This document shows positions 1-5,233 of a stretch of DNA of 32,000 nt, piece after piece (positions within the stretch are counted from its first letter, which is position 1; each line of letters starts with the position of its first letter). The stretch covers positions 120,001 through 152,000 of the forward strand of contig NC_009776.1 of the NCBI RefSeq assembly GCF_000017945.1. The letters run 5' to 3'. Under the pieces are notes generated by a model. It made no database searches. It worked only from the letters and a program-made list of their open reading frames with translations, and had not been told where the DNA came from. The stretch comes from Ignicoccus hospitalis KIN4/I. Its GTDB lineage: Archaea > Thermoproteota > Thermoprotei_A > Sulfolobales > Ignicoccaceae. Made by a program: the position numbers and the translations under genes.

Positions 1-410
1 GGGACGGGCTTGCCTTCACCGTAGGGCGGGGCGACGTAGTCCCTAACCCTCCCGCCGTAGGTTGCGAGCAAGTTCGCTATCTTGGCGGTGTCCAAGGCAG
101 AGCCCCCGCCAATGGCGATTACCGAGTCGGCCCCGCTCTCTGCTAAAGCCTTGGCGGCCTCCTCGACGCTCTCGGCGGAGGGCTCTGGCTCCACCCCGTC
201 CCAGTAGGGCACGTCCTTTCCTAGTATTTCCCTAAGCCTGTCGACTATACCCCTCTTTACCCACCCCTTGGTGGTTATTAGGAAGGGCTTCTCCACCCTG
301 AGCCTCTCAAGGTCTACCTTGAGCTCGTTTAGCGCCCCCGGCCCGAACTTGCTGCGGGGGGAGCGGAACTCCCAGACGTAGTCGCCGAAGGGGTTGTACA
401 CCGTCGTCAC
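1..410 (-). CDS. Iron-containing (group III) alcohol dehydrogenase family protein, N-terminal part; the gene runs off the left edge of the window
   Basis: My own translation of the minus strand from GTG (complement of 408-410) gives VTTVYNPFGDYVWEFRSPRSKFGPGALNELKVDLERLRVEKPFLITTKGWVKRGIVDRL...AESGADSVIAIGGGSALDTAKIANLLA. The GGGS-xx-D-x-AK glycine-rich motif and the layout before it are typical of Fe-ADH family enzymes. It is absent from the ORF track because it is open at the edge. Confidence 0.7.
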   Translation of the reverse strand, partial: MTTVYNPFGDYVWEFRSPRSKFGPGALNELKVDLERLRVEKPFLITTKGWVKRGIVDRLREILGKDVPYWDGVEPEPSAESVEEAAKALAESGADSVIAIGGGSALDTAKIANLLATYGGRVRDYVAPPYGEGKPV

Positions 411-430
411 CGCGCCCGGGAGCTCACGAC

Positions 431-450
431 AAGTATTTAGTTTTTAAGGC
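431..450. promoter_or_regulatory. AT-rich, TATA-like divergent promoter region between the Fe-ADH gene and the PP-loop gene
   Basis: AAGTATTTAGTTTTTAAGGC is the only AT-rich patch in a GC-rich spacer. TTTTTAAGG (441-449) lies about 30 nt upstream of ATG 480. Its complement, CTTAAAAAC, lies about 33 nt upstream of GTG 410 on the minus strand. This spacing fits archaeal TATA-to-start distances for short-leader or leaderless mRNAs. Confidence 0.45.
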
Positions 451-479
451 AGAGAGCGCACTTGAGGCGCCGAAGGCTA

Positions 480-1745
480 ATGATGCGTATAGTTGTGAGG
501 AGTAAGAAGGACGCGGACGCAGTAAGGGCGATGTTGAGCCAAGCCCTCCCCTCGTGGAACGCCGAGGTGGTCACGCTAAAGGGGGCTAGGAAGGAAAAGA
601 TATTGGATGTTATAAATGACGTCGTCGATCCGGACGCGTTCAACATAGTGCTGTTGGGAAGGGAGGATTCGGAAGTGATAAGGGAATTAACAGAGACCAC
701 GCCGCCTAACGTAATAGTACACCTCGTGCCCCGGGCCAGGGTTAGGAACGCGAGGCTCTCCCACCTTAGGTGGGAGCTGGAGAGGGCCAAGGCCCAGCCC
801 AGGGGCTGGGTGCGGTGGTCGGGCGAAGTGCCTTACTTGGAGAAGAAGTTCCCCGCGAGGGTCGAGCCGGGCGAGGAACCGTTCCTCGCCTGGGGCCTCT
901 GGTGGAAGACCTTGGGCCTCGGAGAACCATCCGAAAAATCGTTCTTAGTCTTTAAGAGGCAGAAGGGCTTCCACGAGGTCTATTCAGAAGGTAGAACTGT
1001 AGCCATGTTTGAAATGAATGATTTTGCGTACCCTAAGGTTACTAAGCTGGGAGAGGTTAAAGGCTTCGACATAATGAAGTCCGTCGAGATGAGCGAAGGC
1101 GTGTTGGAGGTTTGGGAAAAGGTCTCTTCCAAGGTATTAGAAGGCTGCGAGAGGGCGGTCGTCCCTTGGAGCGGCGGGAAGGACAGTACTGCAGCTCTGT
1201 TGATAGCGAAGAGGGCTTGCGACGAGGTCACTGCGGTCTACGTTGACACGGGCGTCGATATGTACTTAAATAGGAAGTACGTGGAACTCTGGTCCCAGAA
1301 GCTGAATGTAGACTTGATAATTAAAGAAGTTCCCGTGAAGAGTCAGATATTCCAAAGAGGGTTGCCCACCAAAGAGGACAGGTGGTGTACAGCCCTCAAG
1401 TTGAAGGGGTTAGAGGAGGCGATAAGGGAAGTGAAGCCCGACTACATAGTCGTGGGCGACCGGGACGCGGAGTCCCAAGCGCGCTCGGCCAGGTGGGAGG
1501 AGAGGGCTTGGGAGGGCGTGGGCACGGTTAAGGCCCCCTTAAAGCTCTGGAGCGCTATGATGGTCCAGCTTTACCTATTCAAGAATAAGGTCTTTCCCAA
1601 CCCGCTCTACGCCTCCGGCTTCTACCGGTTGGGCTGTTACGTATGCCCCTTCTTCCGGGCCTACGAGAGGGAGCTCGTGAGGAGGGTCCCTCCGGCCAAG
1701 CTGGGCACCGACGAGGAGTTGCTGAAGAAGTTCTTAGAAGGCTGA
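480..1745 (+). CDS. PP-loop ATP pyrophosphatase of the PAPS-reductase / DndC-like family with an uncharacterised ~215-aa N-terminal domain
   Basis: An SGGKDS PP-loop lies at 1170-1187 (VVPWSGGKDSTAALL), followed by VYVDTGVD. The C-terminal NPLYASGFYRLGCYVCP is as in the PAPS reductase family. The ORF opens at TTG 462, but ATG 480/483 fits the upstream TATA-like box better. Confidence 0.8.
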   Translation: MMRIVVRSKKDADAVRAMLSQALPSWNAEVVTLKGARKEKILDVINDVVDPDAFNIVLLGREDSEVIRELTETTPPNVIVHLVPRARVRNARLSHLRWELERAKAQPRGWVRWSGEVPYLEKKFPARVEPGEEPFLAWGLWWKTLGLGEPSEKSFLVFKRQKGFHEVYSEGRTVAMFEMNDFAYPKVTKLGEVKGFDIMKSVEMSEGVLEVWEKVSSKVLEGCERAVVPWSGGKDSTAALLIAKRACDEVTAVYVDTGVDMYLNRKYVELWSQKLNVDLIIKEVPVKSQIFQRGLPTKEDRWCTALKLKGLEEAIREVKPDYIVVGDRDAESQARSARWEERAWEGVGTVKAPLKLWSAMMVQLYLFKNKVFPNPLYASGFYRLGCYVCPFFRAYERELVRRVPPAKLGTDEELLKKFLEG

Positions 1746-1775
1746 GGGCTCGAACGTCAGCTTAGGTAAGGCGTT

Positions 1776-2573
1776 ATGATGTGCCGGTCAAAAGAGAACT
1801 TCTTTTTAGAATTTGAAAGGTTAATGGTCGAGAGCGCTAAGGACGAGGTAACTGCGGATTCTACAGTGGTAATGGGGATACTCGCCGAGGCCTCGAGGAA
1901 CTTGCTCGCCACCCCTTGCACCCCTAGGACTTCCGGCTTTTGGAGCAAGCTGACGGAGTTCGTCAAGAAGGCCAGAGAAACCAACGACTATTACCTCAAG
2001 AAGGTTTACGCGGAAAAGATCAGGGACGGCGTCCTAGCCTTGGTGAGCTCGGAAAAGGAGTGGAACGCCAAGGGGAACGCAGTGTTGCTGTTATCCGCAG
2101 TCATAAGCGTGCTCGCCAAGCCGTTAACTCCCATTAGCTACGTCCCTTGGGCTAGCTTACTCGTGTACCAGCTCTCGCCCGTCGCCGCCCTCCTCTTGCT
2201 CGCGTCCTCCGGTCTGGCGGCGTTGGCTTTGAAGCCTACCTTGGGATTGTTGTTCTTGATATCTGCTGTTGGGGGATACCTCGAGAGGAAGGTAGAACTA
2301 GACTTGAGCGTCCCGAAGGTCGCGAGGAGGGTCTCTCGAGAGGAGGTGGAGCGCTTGTTCGTCCAGTACTACGGCGAGAGGCTGGGACGCGAGCTCTTCC
2401 GCTTCGAGCTGTACCAGCTGATACTTTCTGGAAGGACCGTGGAGGAGGCCCTTTCCGAGCTCTGGGAGAGGCTCACCAACACACAAATATCCTCAAGGGG
2501 TTACGGAAGGTTAGGAGGAGAGCGTGTCAGCGCCGGGAGGAGGGAAGACCAAGGAGCTGAAAATAATAACTAG
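1776..2573 (+). CDS. Hypothetical membrane protein: ~100-aa N-terminal soluble domain, about 3 TM helices, ~95-aa C-terminal soluble domain containing RLGG
   Basis: The ATG ORF has hydrophobic segments AVLLLSAVISVLA, WASLLVYQLSPVAALLLLASSGLAALAL and TLGLLFLISAVGGYL. The C-terminal part ends ...SSRGYGRLGG-ERVSAGRREDQGAENNN. The gene starts 30 nt after the preceding gene on the same strand. Confidence 0.6.
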   Translation: MMCRSKENFFLEFERLMVESAKDEVTADSTVVMGILAEASRNLLATPCTPRTSGFWSKLTEFVKKARETNDYYLKKVYAEKIRDGVLALVSSEKEWNAKGNAVLLLSAVISVLAKPLTPISYVPWASLLVYQLSPVAALLLLASSGLAALALKPTLGLLFLISAVGGYLERKVELDLSVPKVARRVSREEVERLFVQYYGERLGRELFRFELYQLILSGRTVEEALSELWERLTNTQISSRGYGRLGGERVSAGRREDQGAENNN

Positions 2574-2613
2574 GCAAGTACTCACCGTAGATGACGTTAA
2601 GAAAAACAAGAAC

Positions 2614-2970
2614 ATGAAGATAATATTACACATAGTTAAACACTTGGGCGAAGTCTCGGAGAAGGGGCTAACGAGGCTCCTCTACGAGATGAAGGAGAAG
2701 GGCCTTGACTTGGGTTACCAGTTCGTAAAGATAGGAAAAGTCATAGGGAGCAAGGACCTTCACCAAGACATAATGGACTTGCTCTACGTAGGCCTCCTCG
2801 AGAGGAACCCGGCCAAGAACAAGCTGAGGCTCACCCGCGACGGCGAGGAGTTCTTGGAGAAGAACGGGCTTCCCGAAGAAGAGATCAAGCCTATACTGTC
2901 GCTGGTGGACCAGCTGAAGCCCGTGATAGAGCCAATAGAGGCCGAAGTTGAGATGAGGAGGAGGCCGTAA
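2614..2970 (+). CDS. Small winged-helix (wHTH)-like protein, function unknown
   Basis: MKIILHIVKHLGEVSEKGLTRLLYEMKEKGL...LLYVGLLERNPAKNKLRLTRDGEEFLEK matches the helix-turn-helix plus wing pattern of MarR/PadR-type wHTH domains. The ORF track opens at GTG 2524, overlapping the previous gene. ATG 2614 lies after that gene's stop and is preferred, but the start is uncertain. Confidence 0.5.
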   Translation: MKIILHIVKHLGEVSEKGLTRLLYEMKEKGLDLGYQFVKIGKVIGSKDLHQDIMDLLYVGLLERNPAKNKLRLTRDGEEFLEKNGLPEEEIKPILSLVDQLKPVIEPIEAEVEMRRRP

Positions 2971-2972
2971 GG

Positions 2973-3701
2973 TTGAGCGCCCAGCCCGGCGAAATCCACA
3001 TAACGATATTGATGAAGCCCGAGCTCTCCGAGTACCACGTCACTGCGAACTACGGCGACACCCCGGACGAGGTCAGGAACAAGCTGGCGGAGAAGTTGGG
3101 CATAAGCCCCTCGAGGATAAGGCTTTTCATAAAGAGGCCGGACGGGGCGGAGTACGAGATAACCCACTCCTCCGAGAGCGTGGGCCAAATAGTGAGCGTC
3201 CACGGGAACGTGTGGTACGCTTCGATAGAGGAGCCTTACGGCTCCTTGATAGATGCCATCGAGGCCTTCAGAGAACACTACTTGAGTTCGGGAGAGCTAC
3301 AAAAGAAGTACTCCCCATTGGCCAACGACCCGGGCTTGGGGATCTGGACGGAAAAGTCTTGCAAGAGGAAGGAGTATTGCAGCCCCTCCCGCCCCTACAG
3401 AGTCTTCGTTTTTCCCAGCGTAGGCTACCCCGTCACTCAACCCTTGATATTCGTCTCCCCTAAGGTCCTCCACAAGTGTTGTTTTTACAACTTGAAGTCG
3501 CAGTTCTTCGATATAAAGGCCAAGGAGCTTCCGGAGCTCGCGCCCGCCTTCGAGGAGGCCTCCAAGTTGGTAAACGTTAACATGTGTGTTATGCACATAG
3601 AATCTTGGGATTACTTAAGAAAGGTCGAGAGGAACCCCCTAGAGGTGCTGGACCGTGCCCTATGCACGGACGTTGGACTCTGCGACGGTACCGGTGCATA
3701 A
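2973..3701 (+). CDS. Fusion protein: N-terminal ubiquitin-like beta-grasp domain (aa ~7-87) plus C-terminal E2/UBC-like domain (aa ~88-242)
   Basis: The TTG start lies 2 nt after the upstream stop. In the N-terminal domain, GDTPDEVRNKLAEKLGISPSRIRLF parallels ubiquitin [26 protein letters not shown], flanked by strand-like IHITILM, EYHVTAN and NVWYASIEE. In the C-terminal domain, RVFVFPSVGYPVTQPLIFVSPKVLH (3399-3473) parallels the UBC core [27 protein letters not shown]. Candidate catalytic Cys residues are C169/C170 and C205 (NMCVMHIESW, compare ICLDILxxxW). Confidence 0.6.
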   Translation: MSAQPGEIHITILMKPELSEYHVTANYGDTPDEVRNKLAEKLGISPSRIRLFIKRPDGAEYEITHSSESVGQIVSVHGNVWYASIEEPYGSLIDAIEAFREHYLSSGELQKKYSPLANDPGLGIWTEKSCKRKEYCSPSRPYRVFVFPSVGYPVTQPLIFVSPKVLHKCCFYNLKSQFFDIKAKELPELAPAFEEASKLVNVNMCVMHIESWDYLRKVERNPLEVLDRALCTDVGLCDGTGA

Positions 3702-4473
3702 CGCCGTAATAGACCCGGCAGTCTTCGTGCCCTTGGCCGAGGTAGGCATTAAGAACAAGTGCTATGAGCTTACCGTCGACGCCTCCGAAGACGTGGTGTC
3801 GTTCAGCGGGAGCTTGGACGACACGACCATAACTATTAACAGCGTCAGATACATGAAGGCCGTGGAAAAGGGGCCGACGCACGTAAGGACGTACGACTTC
3901 TTGCCGGACGACGTGGTGGTTGCCCACTACCACTGCGGCATCCCTCCTGAGCCCTCCGCAATCGACGTAGAAACCATGAAACTCGCCTTGAGGGCTCAAC
4001 TAATGGCTACGCTGCCGGGGAGGCCGAGGGTCTTCGGCATAATCTCCCCTACGGTGGCGGGGTCCTCCTTCTGCTTGTCATTAAGCCTCTACGAGCCTGT
4101 GCCCAAGGCTACTATAGCTTTCAAGACGGAGCGCTTGAGGCTGGGCGACTTAGACTTCCTCGAGGGCATTAGGAAGGGCTTCGTCCGCTTGGAGGAGGGG
4201 GACTCCGAGTATTATTTAACCGACCTTTGTGAGGGGCTCGAGCGCGGCTGCTACCCTTTTCGCTACGGAAGCGTGCCGGAAATAGTATTGGAGGACTTCA
4301 TATTCATCCTTTCATATAGTATAAATACCAAGAAGAAGAAATTTCCTTACGCAAAGGTGTCGCCCTCTAAGGCGGTAGTATACGAGGTGGAAGTGGCTAA
4401 TTTTGACGCGAAGGACGCGGTCATACGGGGACTCGTTTGGCGGCTCCGAGGGGCTTCTACGAGAGGACGTTGA
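3655..4473 (+). CDS. JAMM/MPN+ (JAB) metalloprotease-like protein with ~140-aa uncharacterised C-terminal extension
   Basis: An exact JAMM zinc motif H-x-H-x7-S-x2-D is present: VVVAHYHCGIPPEPSAIDVETM, nt 3925-3966. An upstream Glu candidate is in NKCYELTVD. Possible starts are GTG 3655 (47-nt overlap with the upstream gene) or GTG 3694 (8-nt overlap). Confidence 0.75.
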   Translation: MPYARTLDSATVPVHNAVIDPAVFVPLAEVGIKNKCYELTVDASEDVVSFSGSLDDTTITINSVRYMKAVEKGPTHVRTYDFLPDDVVVAHYHCGIPPEPSAIDVETMKLALRAQLMATLPGRPRVFGIISPTVAGSSFCLSLSLYEPVPKATIAFKTERLRLGDLDFLEGIRKGFVRLEEGDSEYYLTDLCEGLERGCYPFRYGSVPEIVLEDFIFILSYSINTKKKKFPYAKVSPSKAVVYEVEVANFDAKDAVIRGLVWRLRGASTRGR

Positions 4474-5228
4474 GGTACTTGCGGGAGGTCGCCGACCCCG
4501 AGGCGCTGAAGGACAAGGTCGTCCTAGTGGGGGGCGTCGGCACCATAGGTTCCAGGCTCGTCAGGAACTTAGCTAGGTTCAACTTCAAAAAGATTATCAT
4601 TATCGACATAGACTACGTCGGCCCGGAGAACGTGGGTTACCAGTGCTATCACACGGAAGAGATAGGGGCGCCTAAGGTCGAAGCTCTTAGCAAGAGGTTC
4701 CGGAGGTACCACCCTTGGACGGAGGTTCAAGGAGTATACTTGGAGGTCTTCACTCCCTCCGGTTTGAGCTCCCTTAGCGAGCTGAAGAAGTTTGCGGAGC
4801 TAGTGAGGGAGAGCGACGTCGTGGTGACGGCTTTCGACACCTTGCCCCCTCGGGCTACCGCACTGTTGTTGGCAGTTAAGTACGGAAAGAAGTACGTTGA
4901 CGTAGGCCTCGGGAGCACCAGGGGGTACGTGAAGTTCTTGAAAGACGGTTACTGCCCGATATGCTCGAAGGTTTGGGAAGAGAAGGTTACTTACTACACC
5001 AACCCCAACTTGGCCGAGGTGGTGGCGGCGTTGGGGGCACAAGCGGCCTTGCGGGCGGCTTTAGGTATGGACTGGCCGAGCGAGGTACACGTCAACCTAG
5101 AAGAGCCCTTGAAAGCTTACATGGCCAGTGACGTCAAGAACGACGGGTGCCCGCTCTGTTCAGAAGAGGTAAGGGCGTTAGCCATAGAAGAGGTTCCTAA
5201 CTACCTAATAAAAAACGTGTATCAATGA
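4437..5228 (+). CDS. E1-like adenylyltransferase of the ThiF/MoeB/UbaA family (263 aa, minimal form)
   Basis: The Rossmann nucleotide loop is VVLVGGVGTIGS (4530-4553), followed by IIIIDIDYVGPENVGYQ, IGAPKVEAL and DVVVTAFDTLPPR (compare the D-x-x-D-N-x-x-x-R region of ThiF/MoeB). Two CxxC pairs are present: CPIC at 4953-4964 and CPLC at 5148-5159, like the Zn site of MoeB/ThiF. Possible starts are TTG 4437, or TTG 4470 in a TTGA overlap with the JAB stop. Confidence 0.8.
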   Translation: MAAPRGFYERTLRYLREVADPEALKDKVVLVGGVGTIGSRLVRNLARFNFKKIIIIDIDYVGPENVGYQCYHTEEIGAPKVEALSKRFRRYHPWTEVQGVYLEVFTPSGLSSLSELKKFAELVRESDVVVTAFDTLPPRATALLLAVKYGKKYVDVGLGSTRGYVKFLKDGYCPICSKVWEEKVTYYTNPNLAEVVAALGAQAALRAALGMDWPSEVHVNLEEPLKAYMASDVKNDGCPLCSEEVRALAIEEVPNYLIKNVYQ

Positions 5229-5233
5229 CTGCT

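Noticed and set aside
437-1231. Minus-strand ORFs 437-790 and 980-1231, and plus-strand ORF 770-955, inside the PP-loop gene
   Set aside because: They are antisense or out of frame relative to a motif-supported gene. Their products are Ser/Leu/Thr-rich or Gly/Arg-rich low-complexity sequences, typical of shadow ORFs.
4425-4473. The C-terminus of the JAB protein reads ...GLVWRLRGASTRGR, resembling the ubiquitin tail LVLRLRGG
   Set aside because: It has Gly-Ala, not Gly-Gly. It lies in the segment overlapped by the E1-like gene start, so its sequence is constrained by the other frame. The preceding ~75 residues do not show a clear beta-grasp pattern. I treat it as coincidence unless a structure model says otherwise.
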